From Bacteriovoracia bacterium (lineage in GTDB: Bacteria; Bdellovibrionota; UBA1018; JBFWNL01): DNA of 32,000 nucleotides. The position numbers were made by a program, and so were the translations under genes. The stretch lies in assembly GCA_050251055.1 (NCBI GenBank), contig JBFWNL010000003.1, positions 115,105-147,104 of the forward strand. Reading direction: 5' to 3'. Shown here one piece after another: positions 1 to 8,280 of this stretch (positions are counted from its first letter, which is position 1; each line of letters opens with the position of its first letter). The notes under the pieces were generated by a model. The model was given only the letters and a program-made list of their open reading frames with translations, ran no database searches and was not told where the DNA came from.

Positions 1-828
1 GTTGGTGACGATCACGTCCGCTTTCTTCACCGCCTCCATCATGCGTTTACGCGCTTGATCGCGTTGCAGCGCTTTCACGCGCGCTTTGATGAGGGGATCC
101 CCTTCGTGTTCTTTATGCTCTTCTTTCGCCTCTTGCTTCGTCAAGCGTACCGATTTCCCGAACTCCCACTTCTGTAGCCAGAAATCGCCGGCCGCGAAGA
201 TGATCAAGATCGCGGTAAGCACCAGGAAGATGACCTTGGTGCTCGAGTCGAAAGCCCCCAATATCGACGAAGGATCGTTCAAGATGTAACTCGACGCCTT
301 GCGGACATCGGGTTTGAGCAGCAGGTAGGCCACCCCGGCCACGACGATGGCCTTGAACAACATACGCACGGAGTCTAGCGCGTGCTTCATCGAAAACAGG
401 CGCTGCAGTCCCTTGAGCGGGTTGATTTTTTCCAGGTCCGGGGTCAGCGGCTCGGTGGAAAACACGTTTCCAACCTGAAAATAGCTCGCGGCGATGCCCA
501 CGATAAAGCCCACGATCGAGATCGGCAGACCGATACCCGCCAGAACCTTCATGGTCTTGCCCAAAAGCGCCCAAAGTGTTTCCTGCTTGCCTAAGTCCAG
601 GTGCGACATCGCGTCCACCCGGAAAACGTCCTGCATGAATTCAGAGAGTTGTTGGCCCATCGAAGGCGCCATGGCGTAGGCAGCCAGCCCCGTGGCGAGC
701 AGGCAGAACATCCCCGAAAGCTCCTTGCTCTGGGCGACGCGGCCTTGCTTCCGAAACTCCTCCAACCGGTAAGGCGACGCCTCGTCGGATAAGTCTTCGG
801 TTGATCGGTCTTCCTTCTCCTGCGCCAA
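1..828 (-). CDS. flhB: Flagellar export apparatus protein FlhB, N-terminal 276 codons (3' end lies beyond the left window edge)
   Basis: Absent from the ORF track because the frame is open to position 1. My translation starts at TTG 828, with GAGGGA at 840-835 directly after the fliR stop. It reads LAQEKEDRSTEDLSDEASPYRLEEFRKQGRVAQSKELS, then four hydrophobic segments, then LTKQEAKEEHKEHEGDPLIKARVKALQRDQARKRMMEAVKKADVIVTN. That is the FlhB N-terminus, TM domain and the linker preceding the NPTH cleavage site. The position after fliR is canonical. Confidence 0.9.
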   Translation of the reverse strand, partial: MAQEKEDRSTEDLSDEASPYRLEEFRKQGRVAQSKELSGMFCLLATGLAAYAMAPSMGQQLSEFMQDVFRVDAMSHLDLGKQETLWALLGKTMKVLAGIGLPISIVGFIVGIAASYFQVGNVFSTEPLTPDLEKINPLKGLQRLFSMKHALDSVRMLFKAIVVAGVAYLLLKPDVRKASSYILNDPSSILGAFDSSTKVIFLVLTAILIIFAAGDFWLQKWEFGKSVRLTKQEAKEEHKEHEGDPLIKARVKALQRDQARKRMMEAVKKADVIVTN

Positions 829-840
829 CTGACTTCCCTC

Positions 841-1647
841 TTATCTGCCCATGGACGCCATGACCGCGGTCATGTGCGTCCCGATATTCCCAAACATCGT
901 AGACGTAACGTCCTGAAACTCCGGCACGCTCAAGAGCATCACGAACAGCCCCACGAACGCGCTAATCGAAAAAGACAGTACGAGCACGTTGAGCTGCGGC
1001 ACCGCGCGCGCCATCACGCCGTAAAAAATGTTGATCCCAAAGAGTGCGACCGCCATCGGCGCTGCGATCTGAAGCCCCATGCGCAGGACTTCACCGCTGA
1101 AGTGGATCAGCTTGTCGGCGAAAATCGCGCCAAACTCCGCCTTGCCCATGCCCACCAACCGATAGCTATCGAGCGCGCTCCGTAGCATCAGGTGGTGGCC
1201 ATCCATCGCCAGGAAAATCAACATTGCGATGGTCGTTTGGATCTTGGCCACGACCTGGGTTTGCGTTTCCTGATGGGGGTCGAAGACGCTGGCGGATGCG
1301 AAACCCATGAAACTACCGGCGATGTCAGAACCGATCTGAATGGCATCGAAAACCATGCGGGCGGAGAACCCCACGACGGCGCCGAAGAGCGCCTCCTTGG
1401 CGATCACGCCCCCCAGGGTAGAGGCCTGCGCGGCCCAGATCGCGGCCTCGGCAGGGCGGACCTGGCCGCTGCTCACCAAGATCGGATACACGACCAGGGT
1501 AATCGCCACCGACAGAAGAATCTTGGCCGGAGCGGGCACCGACTTGTCCCCCAAAAAAGGCAAGGTCGCGATAATCACGCTAAAGCGCACGAGCACGGCG
1601 AAAAAGGTCATGATCTCGTTCTGGTCGAACTGCAGAAGCGAACTCAC
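841..1647 (-). CDS. fliR: Flagellar export gate protein FliR
   Basis: 268-aa polytopic membrane protein (FFAVLVRFSVIIATLPFLG..., multiple TM segments). It overlaps the fliQ stop by 4 nt and is followed by flhB. Order fliP-fliQ-fliR-flhB. Confidence 0.93.
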   Translation of the reverse strand: MSSLLQFDQNEIMTFFAVLVRFSVIIATLPFLGDKSVPAPAKILLSVAITLVVYPILVSSGQVRPAEAAIWAAQASTLGGVIAKEALFGAVVGFSARMVFDAIQIGSDIAGSFMGFASASVFDPHQETQTQVVAKIQTTIAMLIFLAMDGHHLMLRSALDSYRLVGMGKAEFGAIFADKLIHFSGEVLRMGLQIAAPMAVALFGINIFYGVMARAVPQLNVLVLSFSISAFVGLFVMLLSVPEFQDVTSTMFGNIGTHMTAVMASMGR

Positions 1648-1913
1648 CTAATCCAGACCCCCGCGTTGCCAAACACCGTGATCGCGTACTCCTGCATGAC
1701 CTTGAGCATCCACGGCGCCATCACGGCCATGACGAGCACGACCGCGAATATTTTAGGAATGAAGGTCAGGGTGGATTCGTTGATTTGCGTGATGGCTTGC
1801 AGCACGCTGACGACGATACCGATGATCATGGCCGCGAGCAGTAGTGGACTCGCGAGCAAAAGCGTCGTCTTGATCGCTTCGGCTCCGATCGAAAGCACTA
1901 ATTCGTCCGTCAT
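1644..1913 (-). CDS. fliQ: Flagellar export gate protein FliQ
   Basis: 89 aa with two TM helices. Sequence LLLASPLLLAAMIIGIVVSVLQAITQINESTLTFIPKIFAV is the FliQ/SpaQ signature (QxxTQIQE-type). Confidence 0.95.
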   Translation of the reverse strand: MTDELVLSIGAEAIKTTLLLASPLLLAAMIIGIVVSVLQAITQINESTLTFIPKIFAVVLVMAVMAPWMLKVMQEYAITVFGNAGVWIR

Positions 1914-1952
1914 TTGTCCCCCCGCGCGGACCGTCCGCGCTCATCTGCAAAT

Positions 1953-2753
1953 CTAACCGAAACTTTTCACCAGGCTGCCTACGACCAGCTCCCAGCCGTC
2001 CACGAGGACGAAAAGCAGAATCTTAAAAGGCAGCGAAATCATCATCGGCGGCAGCATCATCATCCCCATCGCCATCAGCACGCTGGCCACGACCATGTCG
2101 AGGACCAGGAACGGCAGGTAGAGCATGAAACCGATTTGAAAAGCCGTTTTCAGCTCGCTGATGATGAAGGCCGGAACCAAAATATATGTCGGCACGTCCG
2201 CGCGGGTTTGCGGCTTTTCGCTCTTAGTGAGCGACAGGAAAAGCTCAAGATCCTTTTCGCGGGTTTGACTGAACATGAACTCGCGAATCGGCACCTCGGC
2301 GCGCTCGAGCGCCGTCTTTTGCGGAATCTGCTCGTTCATATAGGGTTCGATGGCGCTGGCGTTGATTTGCTGGAAAGTCGGCGCCATCACGAAAAACGAA
2401 AGGAAAAGAGATAAGCCGATAATTAACTGGTTTGGCGGCATCTGCTGGGTTCCCAGCGATTGCCGTAGGAAGCTCAAAACTACCACGATGCGCGTGAACG
2501 AGGTCATCATGATCAGGATCGCGGGCGCCAGTGAAAGCACCGTGAGCATGATCACGATGCGCAAAACGGAAACCAGGTCCTGCGGTTTGTCCGATCCGCC
2601 GAAATTGAGCGATAGCGCCGGCACGGTCAGTCCCGAGGTGCCCGGGACGTACTTTTGGTTGTCCGCGTAGGCTGGCGCCGCCGTCACCGACGCCAGGGCA
2701 ATCCCCAGGACGGCACTAAAAGTCAAGATGGCGGAGACCAGCCGTTTGATCAT
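1953..2753 (-). CDS. fliP: Flagellar export gate protein FliP (with signal peptide)
   Basis: 266 aa. N-terminal signal-like segment, then [41 protein letters not shown] and [29 protein letters not shown], both conserved FliP motifs. ATGA overlap with the fliO stop. Confidence 0.95.
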   Translation of the reverse strand: MIKRLVSAILTFSAVLGIALASVTAAPAYADNQKYVPGTSGLTVPALSLNFGGSDKPQDLVSVLRIVIMLTVLSLAPAILIMMTSFTRIVVVLSFLRQSLGTQQMPPNQLIIGLSLFLSFFVMAPTFQQINASAIEPYMNEQIPQKTALERAEVPIREFMFSQTREKDLELFLSLTKSEKPQTRADVPTYILVPAFIISELKTAFQIGFMLYLPFLVLDMVVASVLMAMGMMMLPPMMISLPFKILLFVLVDGWELVVGSLVKSFG

Positions 2754-3943
2754 AGCGACTTCATCCCCTTGAGGCGGTCCCGGATACGGTCCCGGGCGTT
2801 GGCGCTCTTGGCCGCCGAGCTCAGCTTGACCGAGTCGGAAACGCGGTTCGTGGCCTGCGCCATCGCGGGATCGAGCACGGCATCGAAGCTAAGGGCCGGT
2901 CCCTTGGCGGCGGGAGCCGTCGCCGCTGGGCGACGATCCGTCGACTGAACCGGAGCGTGGGCCGAGGCGGGCGTCGCACGCGTGGTGGGCTCGAGCTCTT
3001 CGTCGAAATCCCCGACCGCTTCCGCCAATGCCGAAAGGTGCGAGATCAAATTGATCGAATCCTCGGTGATCCCTAGCACCATTTCCTTGCCGTTCACGCG
3101 AACCACCGCGATGCTCTTCTTTGGCCCCAGGTAATGCGTGGCCATCACCTCGATAGCGGCCTTACGAGCGGATTTGCCTTTTTGGAACATGCCCGTAAGG
3201 CGGCCTTGCAATGACCCGCGGCCTTTTAGCTTCCGCAGCAGGAGCACGGCGCCCCCAAACATCGCGAGGATCAATCCCAGCCAGGCGAACGCCCGGATCG
3301 GGCTAGGCAGGGGTTTGGCGCTCGTCAGCGGGAGCTTTTCCCCTTTGGAATCCGTCTTCAGATCTAGCTTCGCGGCCGACTTTCCATCCGCTTTGGCCGC
3401 GGGCTTAGGCGCGCCCAGAACTTTCTCTAGTAACGCCTTCTGCTCCTTATCGAGCGTGGGCGGGGAATCGTCGGCGGCGGTTTCAGCGGGTGCTTGGCGC
3501 GTGGCCTGCGCGGATGCGGTGGCGATGGCATCTTTTTTAGTGTCCTTCGGTCCCAGCTTCACGATGAGCTGCTTGCCATTGGCCTGCAGCTGCAGGCGAT
3601 TGCGGAACGCCTCGGCGCTCTCCTTCACGCTCAGGCGACACCGAACCAGCTTCGGCGTGTACTGATAGGTAAAAATCTTGGTGATCTCCCCGCTATCGAC
3701 GGCGAGGATCTTTGCTGGATAGACCGAAACGTCCTTCAGACTGAGCTGAATGATATCGCGCACGTATTCGATTCCTACCTGCGCCATCGAGATGGGCTGG
3801 TCGAACTGCAGCACGATCTGCTCGCCTTTTCCGGATTGAACCTGCTTTAACACCGTGGTGGCCGAGGCTTCGCTCGGTAGGCACGCGGCCGCGACGAGCC
3901 CCAACCCCGCGAGAAAAAAGCCGGACAACTTGCTTTGCATCAT
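2750..3943 (-). CDS. fliO: FliO-family protein with a long N-terminal periplasmic extension (FliO module only in the last ~150 aa)
   Basis: The ORF is open to ATG 3973, but ATG 3943 is preceded by AAGGAAGG at good spacing. The N-terminus [28 protein letters not shown] is signal-peptide or lipobox-like. A single TM ([19 protein letters not shown]) is followed by [40 protein letters not shown], the FliO/FliZ core motif. The gene lies between fliN and fliP. Confidence 0.75.
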   Translation of the reverse strand: MMQSKLSGFFLAGLGLVAAACLPSEASATTVLKQVQSGKGEQIVLQFDQPISMAQVGIEYVRDIIQLSLKDVSVYPAKILAVDSGEITKIFTYQYTPKLVRCRLSVKESAEAFRNRLQLQANGKQLIVKLGPKDTKKDAIATASAQATRQAPAETAADDSPPTLDKEQKALLEKVLGAPKPAAKADGKSAAKLDLKTDSKGEKLPLTSAKPLPSPIRAFAWLGLILAMFGGAVLLLRKLKGRGSLQGRLTGMFQKGKSARKAAIEVMATHYLGPKKSIAVVRVNGKEMVLGITEDSINLISHLSALAEAVGDFDEELEPTTRATPASAHAPVQSTDRRPAATAPAAKGPALSFDAVLDPAMAQATNRVSDSVKLSSAAKSANARDRIRDRLKGMKSL

Positions 3944-4000
3944 AAAGCCTTCCTTGGCAAACTCCCGGGCCATCCTGGTCCGGGTTCAAAGCTTGAAACC

Positions 4001-4438
4001 TTACTTCAGCTGCTCGATCCGCTCGATCGGGGAGATGATATCCGTCAGACGAATCCCGAACTTCTCGTTTACGACCACGACTTCACCGCGAGCGACGAGC
4101 TTTTCGTTCACTAGAATTTCCAAGGGCTCGCCCGCGAGCTTCTGGAGCTCGATCACCGAACCTTGCCCTAACTCCAGGATCTCGCGGATGGACATTTTCG
4201 CCCGTCCTAGCTCCGCGGTGACCTTAAGGGGGATGTCGAGGATGAAGTCCAATGACTGCACCGGACCTGCCTTGGGGGCGCCGCCCGGTTTCCCGGCCCC
4301 GGCGGTCCCTTGAGCCGCGGCACCCGCCGCCGCCGCTTGGAGCAGCTGCTCCGCGCCGGCGCCTTCGATCGCGGCGGCCACATCGGTGGGCGCGCCTGGT
4401 TCCATTGGAGATGTGGTTGCTTCTTCACTCATAGTCAA
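4001..4438 (-). CDS. fliN: Flagellar switch protein FliN
   Basis: The C-terminal ~85 aa are a SpoA/FliN domain: LDFILDIPLKVTAELGRAKMSIREILELGQGSVIELQKLAGEPLEILVNEKLVARGEVVVVNEKFGIRLTDI. The N-terminus is Ala/Gly-rich. The gene follows fliM. Confidence 0.92.
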   Translation of the reverse strand: MTMSEEATTSPMEPGAPTDVAAAIEGAGAEQLLQAAAAGAAAQGTAGAGKPGGAPKAGPVQSLDFILDIPLKVTAELGRAKMSIREILELGQGSVIELQKLAGEPLEILVNEKLVARGEVVVVNEKFGIRLTDIISPIERIEQLK

Positions 4439-4456
4439 TTCCCTTCTTTAATCCGA

Positions 4457-5518
4457 CTAACCTTCTTCAATCAAACGCGTCACCTGGACCGCCCGGTTGC
4501 CGCGAGAAATTCCAAAAAAACACTTAAACTTGGCCACGCCTTCGACGTTCACCAGCAGCTCGGCGTCGCTGTCCTGATGCAAAGGGATGATGTCCCCTAC
4601 GTTCAGATTTACGAGGTCGCCTACCGTAATTTGCGTTTCGCCGAGATTGACGGCGAGGTTCGCGCTGGCGTTGCGAAGGTGCTCTTCCATCATCTCCGTC
4701 CACTCCTTGTCCACGCGATCGGACTCGGTTTGGAAAGAAGCGTTCAACTTGTTCTTGATCGGCTCGATCGTCGAGTACGGAATCACCAAGGCGATCGTGC
4801 CACTCGCGTTTTCGAGTTCGACTTCAAACGTGGTGGAGATGATGACGTCGGATGGGGGAACCACGCCCACGAACTGGGGGTTCACTTCCACGCGCAGGAA
4901 AGAGATATCCACCTTATGCACCGGCGCCCACGCCTCCTCCAGGTCATGGATCGCTAGTTCCATCACCTTATGGATGATGGACAGCTCGATGCGAGTGAAC
5001 TCCTTGCCTTCGATTTTGGTATAAGGACGATCCGTGCCGCCGAAGTAGCTGTCGACCAGCGCGTAGGCGAGCTTCGATTCAAACACGAGCAACGCCGGCC
5101 CCCGCAGGCTCTCGAAACGCATGATGCACATGCAGCTGGGGATGGGGAGCGTATTGACGAATTCGCCGAACTTCAAAAGGTCGGTAGAAATGATGCTGAT
5201 AGAAGCGATTTTTCGCAGCGAGTTCGAGAGCGACATCCGGAACAAGCGGATAAAACGCTCGTAAATAATATCGAGAGTCGGCATCCGGCCGCGAATAACG
5301 CGGTCCTGGTTGGTAAGGTCGTAAGGCGTAACCTCTGGGCCGTCGGCGATGGCTTCCACGCCACCCAGTGATCCGGCGCCCCCGCCGGCTCCGCCGGCGG
5401 CGCCCGCCGCGCCACCCGCACCGGCCGCGCCACCCCCGCCGCTGGCTACGTCCAGCGAGCCTTCGGAGACCGCGCTCAACAGAGCATCGACTTCAGCCTG
5501 GGTTAATACTTGATTCAT
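4457..5518 (-). CDS. fliM: Flagellar switch protein FliM
   Basis: The N-terminal VLTQAEVDALLS matches the LSQxEIDALL CheY-P binding motif. The body of the protein (YDLTNQDRVIRGRMPTLDIIYERF...) and a C-terminal SpoA-like segment fit FliM. Confidence 0.95.
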   Translation of the reverse strand: MNQVLTQAEVDALLSAVSEGSLDVASGGGGAAGAGGAAGAAGGAGGGAGSLGGVEAIADGPEVTPYDLTNQDRVIRGRMPTLDIIYERFIRLFRMSLSNSLRKIASISIISTDLLKFGEFVNTLPIPSCMCIMRFESLRGPALLVFESKLAYALVDSYFGGTDRPYTKIEGKEFTRIELSIIHKVMELAIHDLEEAWAPVHKVDISFLRVEVNPQFVGVVPPSDVIISTTFEVELENASGTIALVIPYSTIEPIKNKLNASFQTESDRVDKEWTEMMEEHLRNASANLAVNLGETQITVGDLVNLNVGDIIPLHQDSDAELLVNVEGVAKFKCFFGISRGNRAVQVTRLIEEG

Positions 5519-5561
5519 AATTCAGCCGTCCTAGCTTCCTTACGTTACTGACATTCCATTG

Positions 5562-6179
5562 CTAACTACTGAGGGCGAAGTTCGTGAAGAATACTCCCTT
5601 CACCTTTCCCGTCACCAAAAAACTATTTAATGCGTTGCGGATCTCTTCCTTGAGAAAGTCTCGTTGCTCGGGCGACGAGAGGTCGCCGGGCTTCTTGCTG
5701 TTGAACAGATCGATGATCGTATTGCGTACTTGCGGCATCTTCTGCGTGACTTCCGACTCCGTGTCGTCCGAAGGAACCTGCACGGAGATGCTCACGCGCA
5801 CGAACTTTGGATTCACGCTGCCGACGGTGGAGAGGTTGACCGTGAATTGCTCGAGCGTGACCATCTTGCCGAAATCTTGATCGCCGCCGGAATCATGGCC
5901 CTTGGCCGCTTCGCCATGACCATCTTTCGCGGCTTCGCCATGACCGCCGGCTTCGCCGTGGCCTCCCGCTTCGCCGTGGCCACCACCATGCTCATCTTCG
6001 GCGACGATGTCGTCGACCTTGGGATGGGAGTTTTCTTTTTTGAAAGAAATGAAAAGAACGCCGACCACGCCGATAGTGACGAGCAGATTCACCGCGGTCA
6101 AGATCAGTACGAGCTTATTGCCACCGCCGCCTTTACCGGCGTCGGCCGCTGCGGGTTCAGCTGCTTTTTCTTCCGACAT
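5562..6179 (-). CDS. fliL: Flagellar basal-body-associated protein FliL (with His/Gly-rich insertion)
   Basis: 205 aa with a single N-terminal TM (LVLILTAVNLLVTIGVVGVLFISF). The C-terminal FliL domain reads MVTLEQFTVNL...KFVRVSISVQV...QVRNTIIDLF...REEIRNALN. GGGAGGGG Shine-Dalgarno upstream. The gene lies directly upstream of fliM. Confidence 0.85.
   Translation of the reverse strand: MSEEKAAEPAAADAGKGGGGNKLVLILTAVNLLVTIGVVGVLFISFKKENSHPKVDDIVAEDEHGGGHGEAGGHGEAGGHGEAAKDGHGEAAKGHDSGGDQDFGKMVTLEQFTVNLSTVGSVNPKFVRVSISVQVPSDDTESEVTQKMPQVRNTIIDLFNSKKPGDLSSPEQRDFLKEEIRNALNSFLVTGKVKGVFFTNFALSS
5892..5990 (-). repeat. In-frame tandem repeat inside fliL encoding HGGGHGEAGGHGEAGGHGEAAKDGHGEAAKGHD
   Basis: Three consecutive 18-nt units (cttcgcc[a/g]tg[a/g]cc...) plus two degenerate units are visible in the DNA. 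They encode GGHGEA x3 followed by (D)GHGEAAK x2, immediately after the TM helix. Confidence 0.85.
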
Positions 6180-6259
6180 GGGTTGAGCTACCCCTCCCTA
6201 TCCACTTATTTTGCAATGAGTTGCACAAGCGAACAAGTCGGCAATATTTGCAGGCCGTG

Positions 6260-6289
6260 AATATAGGGGGGCGTTCGAGCCGCCGTCAA
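6260..6289 (-). promoter_or_regulatory. Candidate sigma-70-type promoter for fliL-flhB
   Basis: The minus strand reads TTGACG (6289-6284), an 18-nt spacer, then TATATT (6265-6260), about 80 nt upstream of the fliL ATG and downstream of two hairpins that follow flgE. Pattern match only. Confidence 0.3.
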
Positions 6290-6320
6290 GGAATTGGCAG
6301 ACCCCGACTTTTTGGGGGGG

Positions 6321-6349
6321 CGGCTCCGGAGCACGAGCCTCCGGAGCCG
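6321..6349 (-). terminator. Perfect 11-bp GC-rich stem-loop between flgE and fliL (no U-tract)
   Basis: CGGCTCCGGAG-cacgagc-CTCCGGAGCCG. On the transcribed minus strand it is followed by CCCCCCCAAAAAG rather than a T run. It is therefore a stability, attenuation or processing element, or a non-canonical terminator. Confidence 0.35.
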
Positions 6350-6368
6350 TGAACTACGTCAAATAACT

Positions 6369-6399
6369 GCCGGTGCCGAGGCTAATCCCCGACACCGGC
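6369..6399 (-). terminator. Stem-loop starting 7 nt after the flgE stop
   Basis: 7-bp stem GCCGGTG/CACCGGC with a 17-nt loop. On the minus strand it is followed by AGTTATTTGA, which is only moderately T-rich. Confidence 0.35.
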
Positions 6400-6405
6400 C
6401 TAAAA

Positions 6406-7686
6406 TTACGTACGCTTCAAGTTGATCACTTCCTGCATCATCTCGTCCGCCACGCTCACCACGCGGGTGTTGGCTTGGAAGTTACGCTGAGCGTTCATCA
6501 GGTTGATGAACTCATCGGCGATATCCGTCGTGGAAGACTCGATGGTCTTGGCCGAGATCCGACCGCGGCCGCCCTGCGACGGAGCGCCGATTGTAGGCTG
6601 TCCCGACAAGCGGCTTTCGCGGTATCGGTTTTGACCGCTCTTGAACAGGCCTTCCGGATTCTCGAACTTGGCCAAAGCGAGCTGCGCCAAGTTGATGTTT
6701 TCCCCGTTGGTGTAGATCGCGACCAACATGCCGTCGTCGTTGATCGAAAGGCCCGCCAGGGTGCCCGCCGTATAGCCGTCTTGCATGGTCTTGTAGGCTT
6801 CCGATTCCGTACCATACTGGGTGACCTGGAGACCATCTCCGCCTTCTTTTCTCGACTTTCCGAAATTGAAGCGAATCTCCTGATCGGGCTGCGAGCCGAT
6901 GAAGTTAAACGCCGACTTATCCGTCTGGTTCTCCTCCAAGCGGCCATCAGAGCCGAAGATCAACTTCCCAGCCGCCTGCTCCACGAGCTGACCGCGTTCG
7001 CCGCCGGTGATATCCTCACCCTTGGCCATGATGCGCCACTGCCATTGGCCTTCATCGACCTTGTTGAAATAGGCGGTCACGGTATGCGCCGTACCGGCCG
7101 TGTCGTAAACCGTCATGCCCGTCGCGAAGTGCGCCGTTTTCTCCGGCATCTTCGGATCGAACTGCAGGTTTTTATCGGCCTTGAGATTGAGGTTGGCGTA
7201 GAGGTTCACTTCCGAAGTCTTCTTCGCGTCGACGACGGTTCGGCCGGCGGCGATGGAGCCCATCTTGGAAGTGATCTTGCCTTGGTCGTCCGCCTGGAAA
7301 CCCATCACGCGGTAACCGTCGGCGTTGATCAGCGCCCCTTCCTTATCGAAGTGGAAGGATCCGTTACGCGTGAAGCTGCGTCCGTCGACGCCGTCCACGA
7401 CGAAGAATCCGTCGCCGGTGATGGCCAAGTCGGTAGCCGATTCGGTCTGCACCAGGGAGCCTTGCGAGAAGATGGGGTTCACCGCCGCGAGCTTCACGCC
7501 GCGGCCGATTTGGTTACCGCCCAAGATCCCCTTGAGGGACTTCGCGACCACATCCTGAAACTCGGGTCGGGAGGTCTTAAAGCCTACGGTGTTAGCGTTG
7601 GCGATGTTGTCGCCGTAGATCGAGAGGGCTTCACCTTGGCCTTTTAAGCCGGTGACGCCAGTATACATAGATGAAAGAATACCCAT
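6406..7686 (-). CDS. flgE: Flagellar hook protein FlgE
   Basis: 426 aa. The N-terminal MGILSSMYTGVTGLKGQGEALSIYGDNIANANTVGFK is the flagellar rod/hook N-terminal motif. The C-terminal ESSTTDIADEFINLMNAQRNFQANTRVVSVADEMMQEVINLKR is the conserved hook C-terminal helix. Confidence 0.96.
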   Translation of the reverse strand: MGILSSMYTGVTGLKGQGEALSIYGDNIANANTVGFKTSRPEFQDVVAKSLKGILGGNQIGRGVKLAAVNPIFSQGSLVQTESATDLAITGDGFFVVDGVDGRSFTRNGSFHFDKEGALINADGYRVMGFQADDQGKITSKMGSIAAGRTVVDAKKTSEVNLYANLNLKADKNLQFDPKMPEKTAHFATGMTVYDTAGTAHTVTAYFNKVDEGQWQWRIMAKGEDITGGERGQLVEQAAGKLIFGSDGRLEENQTDKSAFNFIGSQPDQEIRFNFGKSRKEGGDGLQVTQYGTESEAYKTMQDGYTAGTLAGLSINDDGMLVAIYTNGENINLAQLALAKFENPEGLFKSGQNRYRESRLSGQPTIGAPSQGGRGRISAKTIESSTTDIADEFINLMNAQRNFQANTRVVSVADEMMQEVINLKRT

Positions 7687-7842
7687 ATGGGACGCCTCCT
7701 TGCGTCGTTATTGGTTAAACGAACCCGCCGATCAGTCAGTCACGGCGAGCTAGGCTTCCCGTCTGGGTCCAGCCTAGATACTTCCTGCTATTTACCTACC
7801 GTGGCGCCATCCTGGCGTCCCGGCTTGCCATCTACGAAACAT

Positions 7843-8277
7843 TCAAACAATGACCGCGCCGTCAATGTTCGTGAAAACATTGCCGTTCAATGAATTTTTA
7901 TCCATTGCGGTCACTACCGTGCGATTCGGGACATTCACGATAAATGCCGCGTCGGACGTGATCACTAACGTATCATCGATTCCCTTCGCGGCGGCCTTAT
8001 CGATCGCGCCATTGATCTTCTCCATCAAAGCCGGATCCATCGAAATCTTTCGATCGTTCAAGCGTTGATTCGCGTGCGCTGAAAACTTCAACGGCTCGCG
8101 AATCTTGGAAAGATCTTTCGCCGCGTCTTTGCCGATCTCGTTGCGGAAAACGGCATCGAATTCTCCCGGAACCGCTTTCTCCGTCTTGCCGCCGATTCTT
8201 TGTCCACGCTCGGCTTCTACGCGACCGGTTTGACTATTAAGCGAAGTTACGTTCGGGTATAAAATGGGACCGCTCAT
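7843..8277 (-). CDS. Small flagellar operon protein of the type found between flgD and flgE (TIGR02530-like)
   Basis: 144 aa. The motifs LKFSAHANQRLNDRKISM...AIDKAAAKGIDDTLVI...NRTVVTAMD...VFTNIDGAVIV match, from memory, the family seen between flgD and flgE in Firmicutes and spirochaetes. GGAAGGAGGTGA Shine-Dalgarno inside the flgD 3' end. Confidence 0.65.
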   Translation of the reverse strand: MSGPILYPNVTSLNSQTGRVEAERGQRIGGKTEKAVPGEFDAVFRNEIGKDAAKDLSKIREPLKFSAHANQRLNDRKISMDPALMEKINGAIDKAAAKGIDDTLVITSDAAFIVNVPNRTVVTAMDKNSLNGNVFTNIDGAVIV

Positions 8278-8280
8278 GCT

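Noticed and set aside
113-574. 153-aa minus-strand ORF from the track at the left end of the window.
   Set aside because: It is in a different frame from the clear FlhB reading frame (828 down to 1) and has an Arg/Gly-rich nonsense-like sequence. The FlhB frame explains the region.
5340-5450. Highly repetitive GC-rich DNA in fliM (ggcgcc/gccggc runs) considered as a possible repeat array or CRISPR-like element.
   Set aside because: It is in-frame low-complexity coding sequence (a Gly/Ala tract) with no spacer/repeat periodicity. No CRISPR-like arrays occur anywhere in the window.
6295-6315. TGGCAG...TTTTTGG on the plus strand, resembling a sigma-54 -24 element.
   Set aside because: The GG to GC spacing is wrong, with no GC at -12. 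There is also no plus-strand gene downstream, since flgE is on the minus strand.
6373-7647. 424-aa plus-strand ORF antisense to flgE. Similar long antisense or shadow ORFs occur elsewhere, for example 9781-10833 (+) over fliK, 1192-1956 (+) over fliR/fliQ, 17656-18297 (-) and 17639-18202 (+) over fliG, and 27744-28463 (-) over mlaF/mlaD.
   Set aside because: Their translations are Arg/His/Pro/Gly-rich with no recognisable motifs. They overlap genes with clear family signatures. Long stop-free antisense frames are expected at ~60% GC.
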